Source: Veleropilina oligotropha | Lineage: Eukaryota | DNA length: 64,000 nt | Direction of reading: 5' to 3' | NCBI GenBank assembly: GCA_048128005.1 | Contig: JBEUKZ010000054.1 | Coordinates: 620,001 to 684,000, forward strand | Shown: piece by piece, positions 10,719 through 25,219 of the stretch | How positions within the stretch are numbered: the first letter of the stretch is position 1 | Layout of the letters: each line of letters begins with the position of its first letter | Translations under genes and position numbers: made by a program | The notes under the pieces: model-generated | Told to the model about the DNA's origin: nothing | Databases searched by the model: none | The model's input: the letters and a program-made list of their open reading frames with translations, nothing else

Positions 10719-12864
10719 GCTTGGAAGCTTTCGCGCCCCGAGTCGGGGCCGAACGCTTCCTTGAGGGGGCAGGTTGAGTACCCCGAGGGGTAGTCAATAC
10801 TGCGCGCTCAATCGCACGATCTTTCAGCTCAACGGCTCTCTTGTCGACGAATTCGGTGAACTCGCCTCCGAAGAGAGTCGGGGCCGACAAGGGCACACAT
10901 CGCAGAGAACGCCGGGTGGCGTTGTCTAACGATGTGCCCTCGAGGCAGGCGTCCCTACGAAGTAGGAGCGCATTGCCCAAGACACGCGCGGACTCCAACG
11001 CGTTGTTCTCCGTTGCGGCAGCAACCTCGTGGAGGAAGGACAGGGCGGTCTCGCGAGCGCCGGGTCGGTCCTCCTGTAGTACGGCTATCGCACCGTCCAG
11101 GAACGAGTCCTGTACAGACGACAGCCGCAGAGCTCGTCGGGCACAGCTCTCGAAGGCATCCATGGCGGCCCATGGTACCTTCGCTACCGAGGGAGCTTGA
11201 CTGGCAGACAGACGACGCATCGCTACGTCAATCTGTGCTGGCTCAGCCACCAGGCACGGCTCAGAAAGCGCGATCGGCAACGGTCGCGAACTAGGCCGGA
11301 GGTATCTTCCTCTACGGAGGCCCCGAGGGAACTCCGTGAGAGAAGACGTCTCCACTGTCTTGCCTCCCTGAATGGCCCGGGTGGTCTGATCCAGAACCAG
11401 ATCCACCAAGCCAGACTGGGGGAGTACGGGAAGCTGGGGAGCCTCCGACTCAGCAAAACGGTGTGCTGCCGTCCTGTGCTTGATCGTACCTACCGGCCGG
11501 GCCGGGTCGGGTAGATCTAGCACCCCGTGAAGCGATGCGACTGCGTCGTGTCTTCGGCGGGTGGCGGAGATCGGCTCCTGCAAGCCTGATTGACTACGAG
11601 AGTCATCGGGACCGACCGATTCAAGGAGATCGGAGCGATCGGAGGGGACGTCCTCGTCGGAACGAGGGTCGACCTCCATCACCGAGGCAGGAGCCGTGCT
11701 CTGGGCCACGAGCAGAGGAGCAGAGACCTGGGGCGGCTGAACAGCCGGTAGCCAGGCCCTACTGCGGGCCTCGAATTCCGCCGCAATCATTGCATGGACG
11801 CTCTCCAAAGAGAGACCAACAGGCAAGACGGGCGTCGATCCAACAGCCAGTGGATCGCTCGAGGACATCGTGGCGCATGGTAGACGGGCTGCTGGGCCAG
11901 ATTGATATGAGAACCAGGGTCTCACATCACCTGACGAGCGGTTACTCCCGGAGAACGGGCCAAAAGGCGTGTTAACCGGAGCTCGACTCCCGAAAGACTG
12001 CGGCCACAGTCCCGTGGGGGTCGCCGCTCTGTTCAGGGGGTAGACGGGGGAAGCTCCCGCGTACATACCCATCCCGAACGCAGCCGGTCCGTCCGCGCCA
12101 ACTAGTCTGAGCCCAAAGGGGTCAGGGGAGTCGGCGGGTCCTCCGACAAGACTGGGAGCTCCGAGGTGTAAGGACGAACCCTGGGGAGGGTCGGTCGCAC
12201 CATCGGCCAGTGAGTCGGGTGTCGTTGGTGGTCCGGATCTTAAACCACCGTGGTGGTGTCCGGCAACTGTTCCAACTTGCTCTGCCGTCCGCAGTATGCC
12301 GCTCGGCATACCACTTGTGACAGAAGGACTAGCCGTCCCCTGCTCTTCCGAGGCCGAAAGAGAGGAAGGGGATAGCCTGCCCTGCTCAGCTGTTCGCTGT
12401 AAGGTCCGGTGTACCATGCTAGCCGGAATGGCACTATTGGACGCAGCTACTAGGCCCGTGGTACGAGGAGAAACGGTCAGCACTCGGGCTCCTCTTACCT
12501 GGTCTTGAACCTGGGACGCCGGCGAGGTTTCCACGGTTTTCCCCAAAACCGTAGCGGTTTCGTCGGCGGGTCCTGCAACCTGCGATGCCCCAGTTCGCTG
12601 GTCGCTTCGCGTCCCTGAAACAGACGAATCAGAAATTAGCCCTGACTTACCCGTCGTCTGTTTCTCCGGGGGAAGCCCAACAGAGACGGACTCCCTGGTA
12701 GCCTTCGTCCCTGGTGGGTAGATGAGTGCCCACTGCCGATCCGTTAAAAGTAGACATTTAGCACAGGGGTATCTCTTAGCACAACTACGGTGTATGCGAC
12801 ATACCGAATGCTTGTCGAAGCTGTGTATCTTTTGGTTACACTCAGGCTCACTGCAACGGACCAT
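10612..12864 (-). CDS. DIRS gag-like ORF1
   Basis: N-terminal Cys/His finger (CSEPEC..DKH..C..H..C....C..C), low-complexity middle, LLRRD...LFG C-terminal block; first ORF of the element. Confidence 0.85.
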   Translation of the reverse strand: MVRCSEPECNQKIHSFDKHSVCRIHRSCAKRYPCAKCLLLTDRQWALIYPPGTKATRESVSVGLPPEKQTTGKSGLISDSSVSGTRSDQRTGASQVAGPADETATVLGKTVETSPASQVQDQVRGARVLTVSPRTTGLVAASNSAIPASMVHRTLQRTAEQGRLSPSSLSASEEQGTASPSVTSGMPSGILRTAEQVGTVAGHHHGGLRSGPPTTPDSLADGATDPPQGSSLHLGAPSLVGGPADSPDPFGLRLVGADGPAAFGMGMYAGASPVYPLNRAATPTGLWPQSFGSRAPVNTPFGPFSGSNRSSGDVRPWFSYQSGPAARLPCATMSSSDPLAVGSTPVLPVGLSLESVHAMIAAEFEARSRAWLPAVQPPQVSAPLLVAQSTAPASVMEVDPRSDEDVPSDRSDLLESVGPDDSRSQSGLQEPISATRRRHDAVASLHGVLDLPDPARPVGTIKHRTAAHRFAESEAPQLPVLPQSGLVDLVLDQTTRAIQGGKTVETSSLTEFPRGLRRGRYLRPSSRPLPIALSEPCLVAEPAQIDVAMRRLSASQAPSVAKVPWAAMDAFESCARRALRLSSVQDSFLDGAIAVLQEDRPGARETALSFLHEVAAATENNALESARVLGNALLLRRDACLEGTSLDNATRRSLRCVPLSAPTLFGGEFTEFVDKRAVELKDRAIERAVLTTPRGTQPAPSRKRSAPTRGAKASKRARPSRGGPPARKSSEKKGPPTKSRQSGRGKPSRP

Positions 12865-13920
12865 AGCTGTTACACGGGTAGGAAAGGTAGTGGGAACCGG
12901 GAAATTTAGGGATATCCGGGTAGTACGCTTCGTGTTAAACTACTACACCTTATATAGGGGTCTCTAATCCGAGTATAAAGGAAAAGACCGGATATTGACC
13001 CTAAATGTTATGAATCACACTTCGGTACAACCGAAGAACAGACAAGTAACCCGACTAGAATATAAACCAAGCCCGACGTACAAGCTTTATTAAAACGGCT
13101 TGTCGGACACTAACAAATTGAATGAGGCGGATATATAGTTAGTAGGAGGCTATATATAGAACAGCCGCCTTTAAACACCTGAAAACCTCGTGGATGTTGA
13201 TTTCAATAGGTTAGAGCGTTGGCGAAATATCCCAGATTCGGCAGATAGGCCAAATAACGCACGTTAATACCTAAATATCTGCCTTGTTAGCGACGCTAAA
13301 TTCGATTGAACAAAGTTACTAAGAATTTAAGCAAGATACGCCGCTAAGGAATTATCTAATATATAAATGAATTACAAGTAATTTCAAGCAATATTAGAAC
13401 ACAAACACTTCCTGCTTTGAAAGGATTCGCCTATGCGAAGCTTTCCTGCTTGAAGAACGTTCCCTCCTGAGCGGCCCTCTTTAGATCTTTACATTGTAAA
13501 TTCCAAGATGGCGGGCCGAAAACCTCGTGGCCAGAATCTCACAACTTTTAAATCTTTGCTAATTCGGCCTAATACTCCGAACACAGTTAAATACTTCTTC
13601 AGCTCATATATATATATGAACGGCACAATATTGTGCGAAAGAAACTTGTTTAAAAGTAACTTCTTATAGTCTATGTTTTGACAAGACTGAAGCACGTCCG
13701 GACAGACTGACGGAAGACTTAAAAAGGATACCAGATCTGTCTTGGTCTCTGAGGTCTCGCGAGACTTGGGCAGATCTCGTGGGAGGAACGCGAGAGAGGT
13801 GAGCAGGGGGGGTAAGCGTGTAAGTTTAAATGAAAGTGAAACGCTTTTTCACAGTTTCCGGTTTAGCGATAATAGGGCTATTATGGCATAGGTAATGACG
13901 TAAAGTATATTGCTACTAAT

Positions 13921-16900
13921 ACAGCCCCACTATATACAGCTAGCTTGCCTGTTTATAAAACAGCCCCACTATATACAGCTACCTTGCCTGTTTATAAAAC
14001 AGCCCCACTATATACAGCTAGCTTGCTTGTTTATAAAACAGCCCCACTATATACGGCTAACTTGCCTGTTTATAAAACAGCCCCACTGTATACAGCTAGC
14101 TTGCCTGTTTATAAAACAGCCCACTATATACAGCTAGCTTGCCTGTTTATAGAACAGCCCCACTATATACGGCTAGCTTGCCTGTTTATAAAACAGCCCC
14201 ACTATATACAGCTAGCTTGCCTGTTTATAAAACAGCCACACTGTATACAACTAGCTTGCCTGTTTATAAAACAGCCCCACTGTATATAGCTAGCTTGCCT
14301 GTTTATAGAACAGCACCACTATATACAGCTAGCTTGCCTGTTTATAAAACAGCCCCACTATATACGGCTAACTTGCCTGTTTATAAAACAGCCCCACTAT
14401 ATACAGCTAGCTTGCATGTTTATAAAACAGCCCCACTGTATACAGCTAGCTTGCCTGTTTATAAAACAGCCCCACTATATACGGCTAACTTGCCTGTTTA
14501 TAAAACAGCCCCACTATATACAGCTAGCTTGCCTGTTTATAAAACAGCCCCACTATATACAGCTAGCTTGCCTGTTTATAAAACAGCCCCACTATATACG
14601 GCTAGCTTGCCTGTTTATAAAACAGCCCCACTATATACAGCTAGCTTGCCTGTTTATAAAACAGCCCCACTATATACAGCTAGCTTGCCTGTTTATAAAA
14701 CAGCCCCACTATATACAGCTAGCTTGCCTGTTTATAAAACAGCCCACTATATACGGCTAACTTGCCTGTTTATAAAACAGCCACACTGTATACAGCTAGC
14801 TTGCCTGTTTATAAACAGCCCCACTATATACAGCTAGCTTGCCTGTTTATAAAACAGCCCCACTATATACAACTAGCTTGCCTGTTTATAAACAGCCCCA
14901 CTATATACAGCTAGATTGCCTGTTTATAAACAGCCCCACTATATACAGCTAGCTTGCCTGTTTATAAACAGCCACACTGTATACAGCTAGCTTGCCTGTT
15001 TATAAACAGCCCCACTATATACAGCTAGCTTGCCTGTTTATAAAACAGCCCCACTATATACAACTAGCTTGCCTGTTTATAAACAGCCCCACTATATACA
15101 GCTAGCTTGCCTGTTTATAAACAGCCCCACTATATACAGCTAGCTTGCCTGTTTATAAACAGCCCCACTATATACAGCTAGCTTGCCTGTTTATAAAACA
15201 ACCCCACTGTACACAGCTAGCTTGCCTGTTTATAAACAGCCCCACTATATACAGCTAGCTTGCCTGTTTATAAAACAGCCCCACTATATACGGCTAACTT
15301 GCCTGTTTATAAAACAGCCACACTGTATACAGCTAGCTTGCCTGTTTGTAAACAGCCCCACTATATACAGCTAGCTTGCCTGTTTATAAAACAGCCCCAC
15401 TATATACAACTAGCTTGCCTGTTTATAAACAGCCCCACTATATACAGCTAGCTTGCCTGTTTATAAACAGCCCCACTATATACAGCTAGCTTGCCTGTTT
15501 ATAAACAGCCACACTGTATACAGCTAGCTTGCCTGTTTATAAACAGCCCCACTATATACAGCTAGCTTGCCTGTTTATAAAACAGCCCCACTATATACAA
15601 CTAGCTTGCCTGTTTATAAACAGGCACACTATATACAGCTAGCTTGCCTGTTTATAAACAGCCCCACTATATACAGCTAGCTTGCCGGTTTATAAATAGC
15701 CACACTGTATACAGCTAGCTTGTCTGTTTATAAACAGCCCCACTATATACAGCTAGCTTGCCTGTTTATAAAACAGCCCCACTATATACAACTAGCTTGC
15801 CTGTTTATAAACAGCCCCACTATATACATCTAGCTTGCCTGTTTATAAAACAGCCCCACTATATACAGCTAGCTTGCCTGTTTATAAAACAGGCCCACTA
15901 TATACAGCTAACTTGCCTGTTCATAAACAGCCCCACTATATACGGCTAGCTTGCCTGTTTATAAAACAGTTCCACTGTATACAGCTAGCTTGCCTGTTTA
16001 TAAAACAGCCCCACTATATATAGCTAGCTTGACTGTTTATAAAACAGCCCCACTATATACAGCTAGCTTGCCTGTTTATAAAACAGCCCCACTATATATA
16101 GCTAGCTTGCCTGTTTATAAAACAGCCCCACTATATACAGCTAGCTTGCCTGTTTATAAAACAGCCCCACTATATATAGCTAGCTTGCCTGTTTATAAAA
16201 CAGCCCCACTATATACAGCTAGCTTGCCTGTTTATAAAACAGCCCCACTATATACAGCTAGCTTGCCTGTTTATAAAACAGCCCCACTATATACAGCTAG
16301 CTTGCCTGTTTATAAAACAGCCCACTCTATACAGCTAGCTTGCCTGTTTATAAAACAGCCCCACTATATACGGCTAGCTTGCCTGTTTATAGAACAGCCC
16401 CACTATATACGGCTAGCTTGCCTGTTTATAAAACAGCCCCACTATATACAGCTAGCTTGCCTGTTTATAAAACAGCCCCACTATATACAGCTAGCTTGCC
16501 TGTTTATAAAACAGCCCCACTGTATACAACTAGCTTGCCTGTTTATAAAACAGCCCACTGTAAATAGCTAGCTGGCCTGTTTATAGAACAGCCCCACTAT
16601 ATACGGCTAGCTTGCCTGTTTATAAAACAGCCCCACTATATACGGCTAACTTGCCTGTTTATAAAACAGCCCCACTATATACAGCTAGCTTGCCTATTTA
16701 TAGAACAGCCCCACTATATACGGCTAACTTGCCTGTTTATAAAACAGCCCCACTGTATATAGCTAGCTTGCCTGTTTATAGAACAGCCCCACTATATACG
16801 GCTAGCTTGCCTGTTTATAAAACAGCCCCACTATATACGGCTAACTTGCCTGTTTATAAAACAGCCCCACTGTATATAGCTAGCTTGCCTGTTTATAGAA

Positions 16901-19900
16901 CAGCCCCACTATATACGGCTAGCTTGCCTGTTTATAAAACAGCCCCACTATATATGGCTAACTTGCCTGTTTATAAAACAGCCCCAATATATACAGCTAG
17001 CTTGCCTGTTTATAAAACAGCCCCACTGTATATAGCTAGCTTGCCTGTTTATAAAACAGCCCCACTATATACAGCTAGCTTGCCTGTTTATAAAACAGCC
17101 CCACTGTATATAGCTAGCTTGCCTGTTTATAAAACAGCCCCACTATATACAGCTAGCTTGCCTGTTTATAAAACAGCCCCACTATATACAGCTAGCTTGC
17201 CTGTTTAAAAAACAGCCCCACTATATACAGCTAGCTTGCCTGTTTATAAAACAGCCCCACTATATACAGCTAGCTTGCCTGTTTATAAAACAGCCCCACT
17301 ATATACGGCTAACTTGCCTGTTTATAAAACATCCCCACTGTATACAGCTAGCTTGCCTGTTTATAAAACAGCCCCACTATATACAGCTAGCTTGCCTGTT
17401 TATAAAACAGCCCCACTATATACGGCTAACTTGCCTGTTTATAAAACAGCCCCACTATATACAGCTAGCTTGCCTGTTTATAAAACAGCCCCACTATATA
17501 TGGCTAGCTTGCCTGTTTATAAAACAGCCCCACTATATACAGCTAGCTTGCCTGTTTATAAAACAGCCCCACTATATACAGCTAGCTTGCCTGTTTATAA
17601 AACAGCCCCACTATATACAGCTAGCTTGCCTGTTTATAAAACAGCCCCACTATATACAGCTAGCTTGCCTGTTTATAAAACATCCCCACTATATACAACT
17701 AGCTTGCCTGTTTATAAACAGCCCCACTATATACAGCTAGCTTGCCTGTTTATAAACAGCCCCACTATATACAGCTAGCTTGCCTGTTTATAAACAGCCA
17801 CACTGTATACAGCTAGCTTGCCTGTTTATAAACAGCCCCACTATATACAGCTAGCTTGCCTGTTTATAAAACAGCCCCACTATATACAACTAGCTTGCCT
17901 GTTTATAAACAGCCCCACTATATACAGCTAGCTTGCCTGTTTATAAACAGACCCACTATATACAGCTAGCTTGCCTGTTTATAAACAGCCCCACTATATA
18001 CAGCTAGCTTGCCTGTTTATAAACAGCCCCACTATATACAGCTAGCTTGCCTGTTTATAAACAGCCCCACTATATACAGCTAGCTTGCCTGTTTATAAAA
18101 CAGCCACACTGTATACAGCTAGCTTGCCTGTTTATAAACAGCCCCACTATATACAGCTAGCTTGCCTGTTTATAAAACAGCCCCACTATATACAACTAGC
18201 TTGCCTGTTTATAAACAGCCCCACTATATACAGCTAACTTGCCTGTTTATAAAACAGCCACACTGTATACAGCTAGCTTGCCTGTTTATAAACAGCCCCA
18301 CTATATACAGCTAGCTTGCCTGTTTATAAAACATCCCAACTATATACAACTAGCTTGCCTGTTTATAAACAGCCCCACTATATACATCTAGCTTGCCTGT
18401 TTATAAACAGCCCCACTATATACAGCTAGCTTGCCTGTTTATAAAACAGCCCCACTATATACAGCTAACTTGCCTGTTCATAAACATCCCCACTATATAC
18501 GGCTAGCTTGCCTGTTTATAAAACAGCCCCACTGTATACAGCTAGCTTGCCTGTTTATAAAACAGCCCCACTATATATAGCTAGCTTGCTTGTTTATAAA
18601 ACAGCCCCACTATATACAGCTAGCTTGCCTGTTTATAAAACAGCCCCACTATATACGGCTAGCTTGCCTGTTTATAAAACAGCCCCACTATATACGGCTA
18701 GCTTGCCTGTTTATAAAACAGCCCCACTATATACAGCTAGCTTGCCTGTTTATAAACAGCCCCACTATATACAGCTAGCTTGCCTGTTTATAAACAGCCC
18801 CACTATATACAGCTAGCTTGCCTGTTTATAAAACAGCCCCACTATATATAGCTAGCTTGCCTGTTTATAAAACAGCCGCACTATATACAGCTAGCTTGCC
18901 TGTTTATAAAACAGCCCCACTATATACAGCTAGCTTGCCTGTTTATAAAACAGCCCCACTATATACAGCTAGCTTGCCTGTTTATAAAACAGCCCCACTA
19001 TATACGGCTAGCTTGCCTGTTTATAAAACAGCCCCACTATATACGGCTAGCTTGCCTGTTTATAAAACAGCCCCACTATATACAGCTAACTTGCCTGTTT
19101 ATAAAACAGCCCCACTATATACAGCTAGCTTGCCTGTTTATAAAACAGCCCCACTATATACGGCTAGCTTGCCTGTTTATAGAACAGCCCCACTATATAC
19201 AGCTAGCTTGCCTGTTTATAAAACAGCCCCACTGTATACAGCTAGCTTGCCTGTTTATAAAACAGCCCCACTGTATACAGCTAGCTTGCCTGTTTATAGA
19301 ACAGCCCCACTATATACGGCTAGCTTGCCTGTTTATAAAACAGCCCCACTATATACAGCTAGCTTGCCTGTTTATAAAACAGCCCCACTATATACGGCTA
19401 GCTTGCCTGTTTATAAAACAGCCCCACTGTATACAGCTAGCTTGCCTGTTTATAAAACAGCCCCACTGTATATAGCTAGCTTGCCTGTTTATAAAACAGC
19501 CCCACTGTATACAGCTAGCTTGCCTGTTTATAAAACAGCCCCACTGTATACAGCTAGCTTGCCTGTTTATAGAACAGCCCCACTATATACGGCTAGCTTG
19601 CCTGTTTATAAAACAGCCCCACTATATACAGCTAGCTTGCCTGTTTATAAAACAGCCCCACTGTATACAGCTAGCTTGCCTGTTTATAAAACAGCCACAC
19701 TGTATATAGCTAGCTTGCCTGTTTATAGAACAGCCCCACTATATACAGCTAGCTTGCCTGTTTATAAACAGCCCCACTATATATAGCTAGCATGCCTGTT
19801 TATAAACAGCCCCACCATATATAGCTAGCTTGCCTGTTTATAAACAGCCCCACTATATATAGCTAACTTGCCTGTTTACAAAACAGCCCCACTATTTACA

Positions 19901-22900
19901 GCTAGCTTGCCTGTTTATAAACAGCCCCACTATATATAGCTAGCTTGCCTGTTTATAAAACAGCCCCACTATATACAGCTAACTTGCCTGTTTATAAAAC
20001 AGCCCCACTATATACAGCTAGCTTGCCTGTTTATAAAACAGCCCCACTATATACGGCTAGCTTGCCTGTTTATAGAACAGCCCCACTATATACAGCTAGC
20101 TTGCCTGTTTATAAAACAGCCCCACTGTATACAGCTAGCTTGCCTGTTTATAAAACAGCCCCACTGTATACAGCTAGCTTGCCTGTTTATAGAACAGCCC
20201 CACTATATACGGCTAGCTTGCCTGTTTATAAAACAGCCCCACTATATACAGCTAGCTTGCCTGTTTATAAAACAGCCCCACTATATACGGCTAGCTTGCC
20301 TGTTTATAAAACAGCCCCACTGTATACAGCTAGCTTGCCTGTTTATAAAACAGCCCCACTGTATATAGCTAGCTTGCCTGTTTATAAAACAGCCCCACTG
20401 TATACAGCTAGCTTGCCTGTTTATAAAACAGCCCCACTGTATACAGCTAGCTTGCCTGTTTATAGAACAGCCCCACTATATACGGCTAGCTTGCCTGTTT
20501 ATAAAACAGCCCCACTATATACAGCTAGCTTGCCTGTTTATAAAACAGCCCCACTGTATACAGCTAGCTTGCCTGTTTATAAAACAGCCACACTGTATAT
20601 AGCTAGCTTGCCTGTTTATAGAACAGCCCCACTATATACAGCTAGCTTGCCTGTTTATAAACAGCCCCACTATATACGGCTAACTTGCCTGTTTATAAAA
20701 CAGCCACACTGTATATAGCTAGCTTGCCTGTTTATAGAACAGCCCCACTATATACAGCTAGCTTGCCTGTTTATAAAACAGCCACACTGTATATAGCTAG
20801 CTTGCCTGTTTATAGAACAGCCCCACTATATACAGCTAGCATGCCTGTTTATAAACAGCCCCACCATATATAGCTAGCTTGCCTGTTTATAAACAGCCCC
20901 ACTATATATAGCTAACTTGCCTGTTTACAAAACAGCCCCACTATTTACAGCTAGCTTGCCTGTTTATAAACAGCCCCACTATATATAGCTAGCTTGCCTG
21001 TTTATAAAACAGCCCCACTATAAATAGCTAGCTTGCCTGTTTATAAACAGCTCCACTATATACAGCTAGCTTGCCTGTTTATAAACAGCCCCACTATAAA
21101 TAGCTAGCTTGCCTGTTTATAAACAGCCCCACTATATACAGCTAGCTTGCCTATTTACAAAACAGCCCCACTATATATATAGCTGGCTTGCCTGTTTATA
21201 AAACAACCCCACTATATACAGCTAGCTTGCCTGTTTATAAAACAGCCCCACTATATACAGCTAGCTTGCCTGTTTACAAAACAGCCCCACTATTTACAGC
21301 TAGCTTGCCTGTTTATAAAACAGCCCCACTATATACAGCTAGCTTGCCTATTTATAAAACAGCCCCACTATATATATAGCTAGCTTGCCTGTTTATAAAA
21401 CAGCCCCACTATATACAGCTAGCTTGCGTGTTTATAAAACAGCCCCACTATATACACCTAGCTTGCTTGTTTATAAAACAGCCCCACTATATACAGCTAG
21501 CTTGCCTGTTTATAAAACAGCCCCACTATATATATATAGCTAGCTTGCCTGTTTATAAACAGCCACACTATATACAGCTAGCTTGCCTGTTTATAAAACA
21601 GCCCCACTATATATAGCTAGCTTGCCTGTTTATAAAACAGCCCCACTATATACAGCTAGCTTGCCTGTTTATAAAACAGCCCCACTATATACAGCTAGCT
21701 TGCCTGTTTATAAAACAGCCCCACTATATACAGCTAGCTTGCCTGTTTATAAAACAGCCCCACTATATATAGCTAGCTTGCCTGTTTATAAAACAGCCCC
21801 ACTATATACGGCTAGCTTGCCTGTTTATAAAACAGCCCCACTATATAAACTAGCTTGCCTGATTATAAAACAGCCCCACTATATATAGCTAGCTTGCCTG
21901 TATATAAAACAGCCCCACTATATACAGCTAGCTTGCCTGTTTAAAAAAACAGCCCCACTATATACAGCTAGCTTGCCTGTTTATAAAACAGCCCCACTAT
22001 ATAAAGCTAACTTGCCTGTTTATAAAACAGCCCCACTATATACAGCTAGCTTGCCTGTTTATAAAACAGCCCCACTATATACAGCTAGCTTCCCTGTTTA
22101 TAAAACAGCCCCACTATATACAGCTAGCTTGCCTGTTTATATACAGCCCCACTATATATAGCTAGCTTGCCTGTTTATATACAGCCCCACTATATACAGC
22201 TAGCTTGCCTGTTTATATACAGCCCACTATATACAGCTAGCTTGCCTGTTTATAAAACAGCCCCACTATATACGGCTAACTTGCCTATTTATAAAACAGC
22301 CCCACTATATACAGCTAGCTTGCTTGTTTATAAAACAGCCCCACTATATACAGCTAGCTTGCCTGTTTATAAAACCGCCCCACTATATACAGCTAGCTTG
22401 CCTGTTTATATACAGCCCCACTATATACAGCTAGCTTGCCTGTTTATAAACAGCCCACTATATATAGCTAGCTTGCCTGTTTATAAACAGCCCACTATAT
22501 ACAGCTAGCTTGCCTGTTTATAAAACAGCCCCACTGTATACAGCTAGCTTGCCTGTTTATAAAACAGCCCCACTGGATACAGCCCCACTACATACAGCTA
22601 GCTTGCCTGTTTATAAAACAGCCCCACTATATGCAGCTAGCTTGCCTGTTTATAAAACAGCCCCACTGGATACAGCCCCACTACATACAGCTAGCTTGCC
22701 TGTTTATAAAACAGCCCCACTATATATAGCTAGCTTGCCTGTTTATAAAACAGCCCCACTACATACAGCTAGCTTGCCTGTTTATAAAACAGCCCCACTA
22801 TATGCAGCTAGCTTGCCTGTTTATAAAACAGCACCACTGGATACAGCCCCACTACATACAGCTAGCTTGCCTGTTTATAAAACAGCCCCACTATATATAG

Positions 22901-25219
22901 CTAGCTTGCCTGTTTATAAAACAGCCCCACTATATACAGCTAGCTTGCCTGTTTATAAAACAGCCCCACTATATACAGCTAGCTTGCCTGTTTATAAAAC
23001 AGTCCCACTATATATATCTAACTTGCCTGTTTACAAAACAGCCCCACTATTTACAGCTAGCTTGCCTGTTTATAAACAGCCCCACTATATATAGCTAGCT
23101 TGCCTGTTTATAAACAGCCCCACTATATACAGCTAGCTTGCCTGTTTATAAACAGCCCCACTATAAATAGCTAGCTTGCCTGTTTATAAACAGCCCCACT
23201 ATATACAGCTAGCTTGCCTATTTACAAAACAGCCCCACTATATATATAGCTAGCTTGCCTGTTTATAAAACAGCCCCACTATATACAGCTGGCTTGCTTG
23301 TTTATAAAACAGCCCCACTATATACAGCTAGTTTGCCTGTTTACAACACAGCCCCACTATTTACAGCTAGCTTGCCTGTTTATAAAACAGCCCCACTATA
23401 TACAGCTAGCTTGCCTATTTATAAAACAGCCCCACTATATATATAGCTAGCTTGCCTGTTTATAAAACAGCCCCACTATATACAGCTAGCTTGCGTGTTT
23501 ATAAAACAGCCCCACTATATACAGCTAGCTTGCTTGTTTATAAAACAGCCCCACTATATACAGCTAGCTTGCCTGTTTATAAAACAGCCCCACTATATAT
23601 ATAGCTAGCTTGCCTGTTTATAAACAGCCACACTATATACAGTTAGCTTGCCTGTTTATAAAACAGCCCCACTATATATAGCTAGCTTGCCTGTTTATAA
23701 AACAGCCCCACTATATACAGCTAGCTTGCCTGTTTATAAAACAGCCCCACTATATACAGCTAGCTTGCCTGTTTATAAAACAGTCCCACTATATATAGCT
23801 AACTTGCCTGTTTACAAAACAGCCCCACTATATACAGCTAGCTTGCCTGTTTATAAACAGCCCCACTATATATAGCTAGCTTGCCTGTTTATAAACAGCC
23901 CCACTATATACAGCTAGCTTGCGTGTTTATAAAACAGCCCCACTATATACAGCTAGCTTGCTTGTTTATAAAACAGCCCCACTATATACAGCTAGCTTGC
24001 CTGTTTATAAAACAGCCCCACTATATATATAGCTAGCTTGCCTGTTTATAAACAGCCACACTATATACAGCTAGCTTGCCTGTTTATAAAACAGCCCCAC
24101 TATATATAGCTAGCTTGCCTGTTTATAAAACAGCCCCACTATATACAGCTAGCTTGCCTGTTTATAAAACAGCCCCACTATATACAGCTAGCTTGCCTGT
24201 TTATAAAACAGTCCCACTATATATAGCTAACTTGCCTGTTTACAAAACAGCCCCACTATTTACAGCTAGCTTGCCTGTTTATAAACAGCCCCACTATATA
24301 TAGCTAGCTTGCCTGTTTATAAACAGCCCCACTATATACAGCTAGCTTGCCTGTTTATAAACAGCCCCACTATAAATAGCTAGCTTGCCTGTTTATAAAC
24401 AGCCCCAATATATACAGCTAGCTTGCCTATTTACAAAACAGCCCCACTATATATATAGCTAGCTTGCCTGTTTATAAAACAGCCCCACTATATACAGCTA
24501 GCTTGCTTGTTTATAAAACAGCCCCACTATATACAGCTAGTTTGCCTGTTTACAACACAGCCCCACTATTTACAGCTAGCTTGCCTGTTTATAAAACAGC
24601 CCCACTATATACAGCTAGCTTGCCTATTTATAAAACAGCCCCACTATATATATAGCTAGCTTGCCTGTTTATAAAACAGCCCCACTATATACAGCTAGCT
24701 TGCATGTTTATAAAACAGCCCCACTATATACAGCTAGCTTGCTTGTTTATAAAACAGCCCCACTATATACAGCTAGCTTGCCTGTTTATAAAACAGCCCC
24801 ACTATATATATAGCTAGCTTGCCTGTTTATAAACAGCCACACTATATACAGCTAGCTTGCCTGTTTATAAAACAGCCCCACTATATATAGCTAGCTTGCC
24901 TGTTTATAAAACAGCCCCACTATATACAGCTAGCTTGCCTGTTTATAAAACAGCCCCACTATATATAGCTAGCTTGCCTGTTTATAAAACAGCCCCACTA
25001 TATACAGCTAGCTTGCCTGTTTATAAAATAGCCCCACTATATAAACTAGCTTGCCTGATTATAAAACAGCCCCACTATATATAGCTAGCTTGCCTGTATA
25101 TAAAACAGCCCCTCTATATACAGCTAGCTTGCCTGTTTAAAAAAACAGCCCCACTATATACAGCTAGCTTGCCTGTTTATAAAACAGCCCCACTATATAC
25201 AGCTAGCTTCCCTGTTTAT
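13921..25219. repeat. 38/39-bp satellite, block 2
   Basis: Same unit resumes exactly after the DIRS end; several kb-scale internal duplications. Confidence 0.98.

Larger units (their letters stand above)
6425..13920 (-). mobile_element. Full-length DIRS1-like tyrosine-recombinase retrotransposon (~7.5 kb)
   Basis: ITRs at ~6459-6651 and 13716-13910; internal complementary region 6728-6816; gag, RT-RNaseH-MT and YR ORFs; splits one satellite unit (tttataaa|acagcccc) with no TSD. Confidence 0.95.
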
